DNA of 63,552 nt, the filler included, from Octopus bimaculoides (lineage: Eukaryota), in assembly GCF_001194135.2 (NCBI RefSeq). It is 3 parts of 3 records of this genome, joined end to end, with 100 filler letters (N's around TTAATTAATTAA, not from the genome) between each part and the next. Parts side by side here need not be neighbours in the genome. Positions count along the whole stretch, not along the records: positions 1 to 26,683 come from NC_069009.1; positions 26,784 to 58,255 come from NC_068983.1; 1 more part is not named here. The stretch is one strand, 5' to 3'. This document shows, one piece after another, positions 22,601 to 35,689 of this stretch; position 1 is the first letter of the stretch, and every line of letters begins with the position of its first letter. A model generated the notes under the pieces. That model was given only the letters and a program-made list of their open reading frames with translations, ran no database searches and was not told the origin of the DNA. The position numbers and the translations under genes are program-made.

Positions 22601-24723
22601 TGTTGCTGCACGACCCAGAAGGTTACCACCTGATCGTCTCAAAGCCGTCAAACGGGAATTCCAGCACATGCTCGACCTTGGAATCATCCGCCCGTCCAGC
22701 AGCAACTGGTCCTCGCCGATACACTGCGTCCCAAAAAAAATCATCGACCGATTGGCGGGTTTGCGGTGATTATCGGTCGCTAAANNNNNNNNNNAAAATC
22801 ATCGACCGATTGGCGGGTTTGCGGTGATTATCGGTCGCTAAACAAAAGTACGGTCAGTGATGCTTATCCAGTCCCTTATCTGCAGGATTGTTCTAGCTCG
22901 CTGCATGGAGCTCGCATTTTTTCCAAGATCGACCTTGTGCGAGCGTACAACCAAATACCGGTTGAACCTGCGGACATCCCAAAAACAGCAGTCACGACAC
23001 TTTCGGAATGTTTGAATTCCTGCGTATGCCTTTCGGTTTACGTAACGCAGCACAGACATTCCAAAGGTTTATCGACATGGTCACCAGAGGTTTGCCTTTC
23101 ATCTATGCCTACATAGACGACATACTGGTGGCCAGTAACTCGGAAGAAGAGCATGACCAACACCTGCACCTGCTATTCGAACGCCTGCGCAAATTTGGCG
23201 TTGTTATTAATCCTAGCAAGTGTTCTTTCGGAGTTGCTTCCCTTCATTTTCTCGGGCACATCATCGATAAGGACGGTATTCGTCCCCTTCCTAAGAAAGT
23301 ACAGGCCATCGTGGAATTTTCGCCACCCACATCTCTCCACAAATTAAGGGAGTTCCTCGGTCTCGTAAATTTTTATCGGAGATTTTTACCTCACCTTGCC
23401 GAGATAGCGCAACTGCTCACAGATTTGCTACGTCAGCGAACTTGCAAAAACACCGAAATTGCCCTGGATGAAGATCAACTCACCTCTTTCGCCGCCCTGA
23501 AAAAAGCGTTATCCAACGCAACTATGTTGGTATATCCGAAACCAGATGCCCCGCTGTGTTTACTCGTCAATGCATCCGATTCCGGAATAGGAGGCGTCCT
23601 ACAGCAGCTTGTTGATGGCATATGGCAACCGTTGTCTTTCTTTTCTAAGCGGTTAAAACCCGCCGAAACGAAATACAGTACCTTCAGTCGGGAATTATTG
23701 GCGGCATACCTGGCCGTTAAGCATTTCCGACACATGCTAGAGGGTACCAATTTTGCCATATACACCGATCACAAACCACTGGTGTATGCATTTAACACCA
23801 AGCCTGATCGCCACTCGCCGAGAGAAATCCGCCACCTCGACTTCATATCACAATATACGACGGATATTCGCCACATCAAAGGGACGACTAACTTAGCAGC
23901 CGATGCACTTTCCCGAACGCAGATCAATACTATCCACACCACGGCTACAATTGATCTGGCTAGTATAGCAGCTGAACAGGAGAATGACGAGGAACTTCTA
24001 AAGCTCCGGAATTCGTCATCTCTCAAATTTCAGAATGTTCCGCTACCATCGTCCTCGGCCCATATTTGGTGTGATATCTCCACCGGTCACCAACGCCCTT
24101 ATGTACCACAAAAACATCGTCGAGAAGTTTTCTCTGCTCTGCATTCTTTGTCACATCCTGGTATTCGCTCCACTCAAAAGCTGATATCGACCCGTTTTGT
24201 GTGGACCAANNNNNNNNNNGGTATTCGCTCCACTCAAAAGCTGATATCGACCCGTTTTGTGTGGACCAATATCAACAAGGACATCAGAGAATGGACCAAG
24301 TGCTGTGTCGCGTGCCAAAAAGCAAAAATCCACCGGAACATAAAATCACCAATCGGTTCCTTTTCGCAACCCGACGCACGATTTCAGCACGTTCATATTG
24401 ATATAGTAGGACCTCTGCCAACTTCGTAGAATTATACTCATTTACTCACCTGCGTGGACCGTTTTTCGCGATGGCCCGAAGCTTGGCCCTTATCCGATAC
24501 ATCTGCAGAAACGGTCGCCAAAACGTTGATATCACAATGGGTTTCGCGTTTTTGGCACACCCGCAACAATCACCACAGACAGAGGACGTCAGTTCGATTC
24601 CCACCTTTTCGCCGAACTGACTCGTCTACTCGGGTGCAAACACACCCGCACTACTGCTTACCACCCTGCAGCAAACGGCATGGTTGAACGCTTCCACCGC
24701 CAACTCAAAGCAGCTATTAAAGC
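22601..24723 (+). mobile_element. Gypsy/Ty3 LTR retrotransposon pol (RT-RNase H-integrase), CsRn1/Kabuki-like, disrupted
   Basis: IIRPSSSNWSSP, WRVCGDYRSLN, MPFGLRNAAQTFQR, YIDD, RNase H YTDHKPL, integrase zinc finger SHPG..CVAC and D-D-E (HIDIVG, TDRG, MVER). Domain order is that of Gypsy. Carries frameshifts and a stop. Confidence 0.92.
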
Positions 24724-26094
24724 NNNNNNNNNNNNNNNNNNNNNNNNNNNNNNNNNNNNNNNNNNNNNNNNNNNNNNNNNNNNNNNNNNNNNNNNNNNNN
24801 NNNNNNNNNNNNNNNNNNNNNNNNNNNNNNNNNNNNNNNNNNNNNNNNNNNNNNNNNNNNNNNNNNNNNNNNNNNNNNNNNNNNNNNNNNNNNNNNNNNN
24901 NNNNNNNNNNNNNNNNNNNNNNNNNNNNNNNNNNNNNNNNNNNNNNNNNNNNNNNNNNNNNNNNNNNNNNNNNNNNNNNNNNNNNNNNNNNNNNNNNNNN
25001 NNNNNNNNNNNNNNNNNNNNNNNNNNNNNNNNNNNNNNNNNNNNNNNNNNNNNNNNNNNNNNNNNNNNNNNNNNNNNNNNNNNNNNNNNNNNNNNNNNNN
25101 NNNNNNNNNNNNNNNNNNNNNNNNNNNNNNNNNNNNNNNNNNNNNNNNNNNNNNNNNNNNNNNNNNNNNNNNNNNNNNNNNNNNNNNNNNNNNNNNNNNN
25201 NNNNNNNNNNNNNNNNNNNNNNNNNNNNNNNNNNNNNNNNNNNNNNNNNNNNNNNNNNNNNNNNNNNNNNNNNNNNNNNNNNNNNNNNNNNNNNNNNNNN
25301 NNNNNNNNNNNNNNNNNNNNNNNNNNNNNNNNNNNNNNNNNNNNNNNNNNNNNNNNNNNNNNNNNNNNNNNNNNNNNNNNNNNNNNNNNNNNNNNNNNNN
25401 NNNNNNNNNNNNNNNNNNNNNNNNNNNNNNNNNNNNNNNNNNNNNNNNNNNNNNNNNNNNNNNNNNNNNNNNNNNNNNNNNNNNNNNNNNNNNNNNNNNN
25501 NNNNNNNNNNNNNNNNNNNNNNNNNNNNNNNNNNNNNNNNNNNNNNNNNNNNNNNNNNNNNNNNNNNNNNNNNNNNNNNNNNNNNAACGAACATTTTGTA
25601 TACATAAAAAAAAGGAAAACAAAAAGAAAACATTGTTCCACATCAGCGAAAAGCTTTCTGTTTGAACATTTTACTGAACATTTCACAAGCGAACTTTTTC
25701 GATGAACACTTCTTTCATTTTTTTTGCATGTACATATGTTTTGCTTTCTTGTAAAAACATTTTGTTATCTGACGCTTACACACACTTGCAACAGTTACAT
25801 TTTCACTTGTGCTACCATTTGATCTTTTGCGCCACTGAAATACAACCTGCCTCTATTTAGACCTCTAGTGGGTCGAGTAATCAATAGAGGCACGTCTCTT
25901 TCAACGCGCCAACATGTTCCTGCCTGGGCAACATATATGCATTGCCTACCATATAGCACACACCAACAGTGAATCTTTGCTTCATATTTTTTATATCCCA
26001 TGTTTTTGACATTCATTTGTCTGTTGCACCTTGTAAAATTTTTTCTGCATACACAAAAAGATAACATTTCCAATATCGTTCGATCTATGTGGCT

Positions 26095-26480
26095 TTCTCA
26101 CTAGAAGGGGGTTAGTGTCAAAATGAACACTTCCTTCTCCAAGCCTAGATTCGAAACCGAATCTAAGAATCCTCGGTCGTCCAAACCACCACGATCAACA
26201 GGCGCGAAAACAGGTTTTCTTTGTCCTGTCAAAAAGTGATTGAAAATCTCCCTTTAACCTTCGACCTAAGGGTATGTCAGGCGAAGTTCAAATGGACAGG
26301 AGCTGACCTATTTAGGTACTAACTCTGCTGCAGTATGTCTGTCCTTCTAGCTGCCACGATTCTTATAAATTCAGTGGTCAACAAGACACCAGGAGACAGA
26401 CAGACGGAGACTGTGATGCGCGCAGACCGGACCAGTGCTCTGCTACTATCAGACAGAGATCTTTTGCCGGGCCACGCAAG
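26095..26480. promoter_or_regulatory. CpG-rich unique segment: possible promoter/first exon, or possible Gypsy 3' LTR start
   Basis: Unusually many CpGs for this window. Purine tract agaagggggttag followed by TG at 26116 (PPT-like), and a donor-like gtatgt at 26272. Ambiguous. Confidence 0.3.
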
Positions 26481-26727
26481 NNNNNNNNNNNNNNNNNNNN
26501 NNNNNNNNNNNNNNNNNNNNNNNNNNNNNNNNNNNNNNNNNNNNNNNNNNNNNNNNNNNNNNNNNNNNNNNNNNNNNNNNTCTCTCTTTCAGTCAAACAC
26601 ACACTACAAAAAGATTCGAGAAAAAGTACACAAATAAGATTTACGCTCTCTCGCTATCTCTCTCACACACATACACACACAGTNNNNNNNNNNNNNNNNN
26701 NNNNNNNNNNNNNNNNNNNNNNNNNNN

Positions 26728-26739
26728 TTAATTAATTAA
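26728..26739. other. Synthetic-looking six-frame-stop spacer inside gap
   Basis: TTAATTAATTAA isolated between N runs; identical at 58300-58311. Confidence 0.75.
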
Positions 26740-27269
26740 NNNNNNNNNNNNNNNNNNNNNNNNNNNNNNNNNNNNNNNNNNNNACACATAACAGAAGTAA
26801 ATAGACACCTTTATAATCATTAAAATTTATTTAAATCTGAAAGTATACTTTCAAATTATTTATTAATTATTGTAATGTGAATATTTAATATTTAGTATTA
26901 GTAGAGATGCCCTTTGCATTTTTCAATGTAAGGACCCTATTAAGCATGTTACTGATCAGATGACGAATATTCTCTTGCGGAATTTCATGCTAAGTTTCAT
27001 GCAGTAATCTCAAAAGATCTGGCACTGAAGATGCTTTCTTGTTCTTTTTTACGAAGTTTCCTGTCCATCATGCCCCAGAGGTGTTCAACAGGGTCTCTCT
27101 CCTCCATCTCCCACTCTCTTTTTGTCCTCTTGCAAAAGTTCTTGCCCATTCTCCTCATCCAATCCTCTCGACTATTTAACTTATATACACCTCACTTTAA
27201 CTTGGAGGTATTGTCTGAAATATCTTCTTCACCATCTTCTCTATCTGTTCATCTCTCTCTCTCTCTTCC

Positions 27270-27318
<49 letters not shown>

Positions 27319-27320
27319 CC

Positions 27321-27356
<36 letters not shown>

Positions 27357-28461
27357 CTCTCTCTCTTTCTGTCTCTCTCTCTCTCCCTTTTTCCAACTTG
27401 GATTGTCATGTATCTCCTCTACCACAAGACACCTGTTTCTGTCCCTCTACTATGTTTTAAACTCTCATCCCCTATCACAAAGCGACCTTCTTCAATGATA
27501 TTCCCCTGTCAGTTGAGGAATCATATCTTGTAAGTTATTTGGTGACCTCACTGGTACTGGTGGTGCCACTCTGAAAGCACCCAGTGCACTTTGTAAAGTG
27601 GTCGCTGTTAGAAAGGGCATCCACCAATAGAAAGCATATCAAAGAAGACAATACAGCTTAATGCAGTCTTCTGATTGGTTAGCTCTTGCCAAACCAACCA
27701 ATCCATGCCAGTATGAAAGGTCTGCCTGTCTCTCTGCCTGTTTGTCTTTCTCTGCTTGAGATATCAACCACTATCATACTCATGATAATGATATCTGTGG
27801 TATAGGACGTTCAAACTTAAATTTGAACTTGTTTACTGACAAAGTTCTTTAAAGATTCATCAGAAAAACACAGTTTAAGCGATAAGAATAAAACACTAAT
27901 ATGATATAATTTGCTTTTAACTTTAATTAGGCATAACAGATTTCTTTTGGCCAATTGCTTGTCTTGTAACATTATTCATGAAAGAATATATAGAAATTGA
28001 TGATGTAATATTCATATCCTATCACAGCCAATTAACATTTGGCTGTAAATTTACATATTTTCATCAAAAATTTTAAATCATTATTGTAAGCTGCATAAAA
28101 TTAATTCTCATTTGCAATAGCTGATACTAATAAAAGAAACAGAGTTGCTGATAATATTTTTTTGTTTGACAAAAAATTGACCAAAAAATAATGACCAAAA
28201 AAATGTTTCACAGAAATAAATGGATTAAATTGTGTCGTTTGTTGATGTTTATGAAAAGTACAATCTAAAGTTACTGTTAGGTCATACATAAGTAATTCAG
28301 AAAGACTGAAATGGTCTCTGTATTTGGACATAGGCAGGGCTATGTTGTTCAGAATCCACCCTTGCAACAATTTATTTTGGGGTTTAGTTCCACTGTGCAA
28401 CATTTTGTGATCCTTGAGTGGAATGAAGAGGCAGAAATTGCACAGAAGCCCATCATATATA

Positions 28462-28505
<44 letters not shown>

Positions 28506-29392
28506 AATGGTTGGTATTCCGTGGCTTTATTTGTTGTTGTCTGAGAAAAAACTGTGACATGATGTTTACATTCCCTCTTCATACAATAACCAGCCATTTT
28601 ACTTTCAAAGGCTTTGTGATATTAAAAGGAAATAGATCTCTTACAAGAAAAATAGACAGGAGGGGTATGTGGCTACAGAATTCTCTCTCAAATTAGTCTC
28701 CATCTAAGCCATGAAAGCACAGAATACACAAATGAACAAATACACAAACAAATGAATGAGCAAGAAAACATTTTTAAAAGAATCTTATTGCAAAAATTAA
28801 TCTATTTTCAAAATATCTGTTAATGAAGATAGCACCATTATGCAAGCAAGTTATGAAAAGTTTGAAGTAACTGCAAAGAAAGTGAAACCACACATCAAAG
28901 GTAAGTTAATTAAAGATTGTATAGGTGTTGCTACATGAATTTTAACTTAATAAATGTCAGATTGTTTTAGAATATCAATTTATTATAGTAGATATTTTCT
29001 TATAGTATAAGAATTGTATCTAACAGTAGCCATGTATTTTTGAAATGAGCAGCATTGGAATTTGTGCTTTATTCAATAGCTTTAGATTATAAAAATAGAT
29101 ATAGTAATTGCATTGCAGTTGGTTATATTTATACATGAGACAACAACAAACTTTATGACACTAGATTTTACTTGATTTTTAGATTGATGTATGGGACTAA
29201 TAACTAAAAGTGAGGAAATTTTTTCTTTTTCTTTTTGAGGTCTAAACAGTGAAATGTTGCCAATTGATCCTAGCAGTGTAGTTACAACTGGTGCATCATC
29301 TAAGGTAGAATCACAAGAGAGACTTGCTGCTTTAAACAAGAAAAAAACTAATGTGTCTTTAATTACTTTTATAGAGTATAATTGTCTTATTA

Positions 29393-30110
29393 ATTAATAA
29401 AACCTAAGAGTACAGTCTTTAAGAATGAAGAATGTGATGAAAGTATTAACTTCATAAAGCATAAAGGATTAGATAACATTGAATTCATAGAAATTTCAAT
29501 GGACTGTAAAGTGGATTTATAATACAATTGTGAGGTTTACCAGATAAGTAACCTAGTCCGTGGAGGCGCAATGGCCCAGTGGTTAGGGCAGCGGACTCAT
29601 GGTCATAGGATCGCAGTTCCAATTCCAAGACCGGGCATTGTGAGTGTTTATTGAGTGAAAACACATAAAGCTCCACGAGGCTCCAGCAGGGGATGGTGGT
29701 GAACCCTGCTGTACTCTTTCACCACAACTTTCTCTCACTCTTACTTCCTGTTTCTGTTGTACCTGTAATTCAAAGGGCCAGCCTTGTCACACTGTGTCAC
29801 GTTGAATATCCCCGAGAACTACGTTAAGGGTACACGTGTCTGTGGAGTGCTCAGCCACTTGCACGTTAATTTCACGAGCAGGCTGTTCCGTTGATCGGAT
29901 CAACTGGAACCCTCGATGTCGTAAGCAACGGAGTGCCAACAACATTAATATAACCTAAGAGTACAGTCTTTAAGAATGAAGAATTTGATGAAAGTATTAA
30001 CTTCATAAAGCATAAAGGATTAGGTAACATTGAATTCAAAGAAATTTCAATGGACTGTAAAGTGGATTTATAATACAATTGTGAGGTTTACCAGATAAGT
30101 AACCTAGTCC
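29393..30110 (+). repeat. 167-bp direct repeat pair flanking the SINE
   Basis: 29393-29559 and 29944-30110 align without gaps, with 4 mismatches seen. Confidence 0.95.
29560..29943 (+). mobile_element. tRNA-derived SINE (third family) with (CAA)-type tail
   Basis: Head gtggaggcgcaatggcccagtggttagggcagcggac...gttccaattcc (A box and degenerate B box), tail gagtgccaacaac. Flanked by a 167-bp direct repeat. Confidence 0.85.
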
Positions 30111-30796
30111 ATTCTCAGTCATTTTATGAGCTGAACAATGAAGTAAAACTTTTTGTGTAGGCGTAACTATAAATGGAATTACAGAGATTTACTTGATTAG
30201 CAAGTGACTTGATCTGAGATCATGTGCTGAAACAAAAACAATTGCAGTGTGGAAAATGTTTATAAGCCATTTAAGAACACACACAAAAAAAAAAAATCGT
30301 AAGATTCAGTTCAACATTTAAACTTAATTTGTGTCAAAATATTTTTGTTGTTTTGAAACTGCAGCCTGTTCACTGGCAAAAATTCGTACTAGAATTAGAA
30401 CACCAAAAATAGTTATTGGATTTCACATTTTTGGTCGATATCACTAGCCACTCAAATAATCTAAGTTTGAAACAACAAACACCTAATTAACCTATGACCT
30501 TTTTTTTTTTGTTAATATTAGATATGAATGTTAAATCAATGCTACTAATTGTTCCTAACTCAATTGAAAAAACACTGTTTGGTACGTTTTCCAACACTGA
30601 AGAACAGTAAACAGAATCGATAGTGGAGCATTGTACAGAGTGAACCAAACTTTTTGGACTGATTTTGAAAAAGTCTCATGTTTTACAAAATTATTAGCTT
30701 GAAGGATGCATTAATCCTTTTGTTCTGATGCAACATACTGCCCCTGATTCATCTAAACCTGTGTAAACTCAATTAAAATTAGATATTAATCCTTGG

Positions 30797-30837
<41 letters not shown>

Positions 30838-30842
<5 letters not shown>

Positions 30843-31270
30843 TAGTTTTATTTTTATAACGTGCTTTCACTTCACTACTGAGTGCAGCTCTGTGTGCCTT
30901 GGGTATGTGCTGTGGTTTGTTGTGATGCTCTTATGGTTACTGTTTTGAAAGTGTTTTGCATAGGATGTGTGCAGTGCCCAGTAGTGCAATTTTCTGTATG
31001 TTATATATATTTGTAAGTCTTGGTGTTTTTGTTATGTATTTGTCTGAATACAGTGAAGATTTAGAGCTACCTTGTCATGTCTGTGCTTGTACTCTTTCTG
31101 CGCAAGACTTTCACAAGTACTAATAATGTGAGTCATGCATTCAACCCTTTTCCCACTTGTGTGGTATATATCCCTTTTCACCGAGTTAGTATTTAATGCC
31201 TGATCCTGGGCAGCGATGATTAGGCTTTCAGTCTTCTTTTTTAAGTTACCCTTGCTGAGTCACCTCCATT
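30838..31270 (-). mobile_element. Dong/R4-like (RLE) LINE 3' relic between (TAA)n tracts
   Basis: Minus strand HIISTCESLAQKEYKHRHDKV zinc-knuckle region joined to the NIQKIALLGTAHIL tail and 3' UTR. (ATT)n on both sides. Confidence 0.7.
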
Positions 31271-31281
31271 ATTACTATTAT

Positions 31282-31313
<32 letters not shown>

Positions 31314-32769
31314 TTATTATTAAGGTGGTGATCAGGCAGAATCACTAGCATACCAGACAAAATGCTTAGCAGTCTTTCATCTCTCTCTACAGTCTGAGTT
31401 CAAATTCTGTGTTTAAATCCCACACAACTCAACTTTGCTTTCATCCTTTCGGAGTCAATGAAATAATTACCGGTTGAGCACTGGGGTTGATGCTATTGAT
31501 TTGCCCACCCAACACAAAATTTTAGGTCTTGTGCTGATAGCAGAAAGGATTGTTATTAGATCTTATAAAAATTACCCAGCTTTAATTGTTTATTTGTTCT
31601 GGAGTTTTAAAAATCTTATATTTTTTAATTTCATATATTTTTCTTGAGTTCTAAAACTCATAAGGCTGGTTACCTAGTTTCCATGACAAATAATCAACCC
31701 ATATCACAACATTCTCCTGAATGAGATGCTAGTCCACTGCAGAGTTGAAAGCCAGCAATTAAGATGGGAGGGGACAAGTCAATCACATTAATCCCCACTA
31801 TATAGCTGGTACTTTTTTTTATTGATCCACAAGAGATGAAAGTTGACATTAGCAGGATTTGAACTCAGAATGTAAGCAGCCAAAAGAAGCGCCACTGCTT
31901 GTTGCCTTAAATCTTTTATAGATATTGAAAAATATTCACTTTTCAAGAATCTTACATTGAAAATTGCATCACTTCTGATGTGAAAAGTTTTTCTCAGTAT
32001 TAATGTTGGCTTAGGACCGCTTGCATGATAGACACACAGATTGTAATCTTACAAACAAAATAAGAATTGCTGTATCACCATTCCCATCTAACATCCCAAT
32101 ATGCATCTGACTAGATCCTCATTAACTTAGAAAATGTATGTCTTTCACAAAGCTCCTTCAATATGATAAGATTTTGTAATTTCAAAGAATGGACAGTAAT
32201 ATAAATGGTCTTCTAAAAACATGTTCAATAAAAATTAATCTTTTTGAATCTGCACACTAGTAAATACCCATTTATGGAAAGGAACTAATGGTAAAAGCAG
32301 ATTGGCCAGTGCTGAGTGCACAATATTTCTTACAGTGTAGAATAGCCTTTTATGGAAAAGGAAGGGAATGTTAAGAAGATTTAACATCTTTGAGCTTTCC
32401 AAAGGAAAGCAGAATCGATATTCTTGTTAAGATGCAGAATAAGAAGTTTCATTTAATTTAAAACATGATCCACTGTGACATATTTTATGTTTTCATATTT
32501 AAAACATTTATAATTGGCTATATTCTTCATTATAATGTGTTAATTAATGTCACTTAATGCAATTGCGTGCATACTTGTGAATATGTAAAATTTATGATCC
32601 CTTATGTTATTTAGCAGAGATGCTTTCCCCATAGGTGTTCATGTACTTGCAATTAGCCACTCATATTACAGAGTTTCTTCTTATTAATTCACACACACAC
32701 ACACACACATTTATACATGTAAATGTAGAGAGAGAGAGATGCACACATATGCACACACACATGCAAACA

Positions 32770-33440
32770 ACTTGAGAAAAATATATATGGGGCGTATGTG
32801 CAAGGAAACTGTAGAGCCTGTGGAAGTTGGAATGAGACAGTGGCACACATCATGACAGAATGCCCCAAGTTGGCACAGGAAGAATATAAGAAATGGAGGC
32901 ACGACCAGGCTGTAATATTTGACACTGGAAATTGTGCCAGAAATGGGGATTTGAAGCTGGAAACACATGGTATATTCACCGAGTCAAAAGGGTACTGGAG
33001 TCAGAGAAATGCAAGATTTTGTGGGACTTTCTTATTCAAATGGACAAGAAATTAGAAAATAATAAACCGGGCATAACAATTATAGACAAGGAAAAATGAA
33101 GTTCCTTACTGATCGACCCATTATGACTGTTTGATTATAGGATCATAAAGAAAGAGGATGCAAAATAAAAAAAATATATAATCCCTTAAAATTTGAAATA
33201 GAAAGAATTTGGAGTATGAAAACTGTAAAGGTCATGTCTATGATAGTTGGTGAGTTGGAAACAGTAAGCAAAGATATAGACAAATGGCTGAAGGAGATTG
33301 GAATAGAATGCCCTGTAGAGCTCCTACAGAAAGTTTGTCTCTTAGGGACAGCAAGGATTATCAGGAGGGTCCTAAGCACTTGAAAGACTACTGGAAACTT
33401 GTAGATACCTGTTACACATGGTAACCCACTACCCACATAA
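32770..33440 (+). mobile_element. RLE-type LINE 3' fragment (second subfamily)
   Basis: CRACGSWNETVAHIMTECPKLAQEEYKKWRHD..ILWDF..KPGITIIDK..LLQKVCLLGTARIIRRVL. Confidence 0.75.
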
Positions 33441-33539
33441 ATCCTACCAGGAATAAGACTGAACCTGAGTCAAACTAAAATAATGAGTTACAAAATACCA
33501 TAAAATGATGGTAAGAAAAGCCCTTACATGGCAAATAAA

Positions 33540-34260
33540 CTAAACAGAAATGAAATAGACGAAGTAAGATCCAAATTCAGGACTCAAAGCAGAGACTGAA
33601 GGATTTTTAATTGCTGCACCAGATCAAAGCCTCTCCACCAGAAACCATCAGAAACACATAATGGAGAAAAATACAATAAGTAACTGCAGAATACATTGTA
33701 ATGGGGAAGAAACAAAAAAATCACATTGTATCTGACTGCCTAGTCCTGGTTAAGAAGAAATATATCCACAGACATGACTGTGTTTGGACCTATATACACT
33801 TAAAGCTATGCCAACACTATGGAATTACAACAGAAAAAAGATGGTGTATGCATAGCCCAGAAAAGGTCTCAGGAAATGACAAAACAACCTTACTTTCAGA
33901 TATGCCAATACACACAGATACAGAAATCAAGGCCAATAGTCCACAAATAGTTGTCAGAGATCACCAAGACAAAAATGTCTTCTAATCGATGTATCTATCC
34001 CAACAGATGACAATGTGTCTCTAAAAGAAATAGAGAAAATCTCAACATTCAAAGATCTGGAAATAGAAATAACCTGGATATGGAACCTAAAAACAGAAAC
34101 CATCCCTATACTAATAGGTGCATTAGGTATGATCCCTACATAAGCACTTTCAATACAATAAAATAACAACACCAAAACAAACTACAGTACATACCCAAAG
34201 CACAAAGAGCTGCACTCAATAGTGCAGTGAAAGAACATGATAAAAATAAGACTTTCGAAT
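33540..34260 (+). mobile_element. Dong/R4-like LINE 3' fragment
   Basis: ETEGFLIAAPDQSL..HIVSDC..HRHD..NSPQIVVRD..IDVSIPTDDNVSLKEIEK..KDLEIE (RLE domain), ending at (CAA)/(TAA)n. Confidence 0.8.
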
Positions 34261-34264
34261 TACA

Positions 34265-34500
34265 ACAACAACAACAATAATAATAATCCTTTCTACTGTA
34301 GGCACAAAGTCTGAAATCTTAGGGAAGGGATTAAGTCGATTATATTGACCCCAGTGTGTAACTGGTACTTATTTAATTGACCTCAAAAGGATGAAAGGCA
34401 AAGTCAACCTCGGCAGAATTTTAACTCAGAACATAGCGACAGACGAAATACTGCGAAGCATTTTGCCCGGCGTGCTAACAATTCTGCCAGCTCACTGCCT
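34265..34500 (-). mobile_element. SINE family 2
   Basis: Reverse complement of ggcagtgagctggcagaattgttagcacgccgggcaaaatgc. Confidence 0.75.
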
Positions 34501-35689
34501 TAATAATAATAATAATAATAATAATAAAGTAGTGAGATCCAAAATGGTCGTTGTAAAGGCAGTTGGCTAGCTTTAAGCATAGGGATAACTTGTATATAAA
34601 ACACAAAACCAAAATACTTGATCAATAAAGTTTATTAATCAACATATGTCATACACTTCATCCCATTTCAAAATAGATATAGAGTGGGATAAGCTGGCAG
34701 CTAATATAAACTCCAATATATAACAACAAAAGCTACTAATCATGTGATTATAAATTGTTATATAACTTCAGGCAAGCTTTTCATGGAAACATATGAAGTA
34801 TGTTTTTACCCACTCCATTCGCTATATACACACACACACACACACACACAAGTATGCATGCACACACATATGAACATACACATATCTAACAAGCTATATA
34901 TATATAGATCGATATATACATATATGAATATGTGTGAGCGTGTATGTATACATATATATACACAAACAGATGTGTGTGCATGTGTGTGTGTGCATGTGTA
35001 AATATATGAATATTTGTGTATATATAACATATGCATGTATATATATATAAAATACCTGTATGTTTATACATGCATGCACACAGCCACACATGTTCGCATG
35101 TGTACACATTGCTTTAGTGAGGAATATAACTTGAATTCTTGTCAAACCACAAGGATATTAAAACGACCACAGTTCCTGGTTTGTTAGACTTCATTTAATC
35201 CTTACCATTATTATGCCAAGAATTTCAACCTACCACTACTTTGTAAGTTAATTTGCATATTACTAATTATCAGTCAGTAATTAAACTTTTACCTTTATGC
35301 CAACACAGCATGGACACAGTTGGCAAACTGACACAAATTTATTTACTAGCTTGTCCCCACCTTGTGAGTTCAGTAGCATTAGTTATGTAGCTAAAATATG
35401 TGATCTCTTGCCATAGTTAAATATTATCTTATCATTATCAGATCAGAAATTACAGTCAATTTGCTACTCCTGTCAATTTGTCAAGAGCTTGGAGCATTTT
35501 TAAGACCAATTCCACAGCATAACTATCTTTTATCTTTTACTAAGTTCAGTTATTGGACTGCAGCCATGCTGGAGTATTTGCTTTGAAGGTTGTTGGTTGA
35601 ACAAATCAACTCGAGTACTAATGTTTGTGTCTGGCACTTTATTCTAACAGTCTCTTTTGTTGGACCACTAATTGATGGAGATGTAAACA

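Noticed and set aside
24626-25705. 300+ aa ORFs (also 10755, 59086, 61926)
   Set aside because: Length comes from N gaps read as X.
29082-29339. Minus-strand 85-aa ORF with hydrophobic end
   Set aside because: No convincing splice context or motif; the + strand reading is better supported.
29560-29640. tRNA gene-like sequences (also 11197, 15185, 46943, 50206)
   Set aside because: The acceptor stems do not close and the sequences continue into SINE bodies; they are SINE heads, not tRNA genes.
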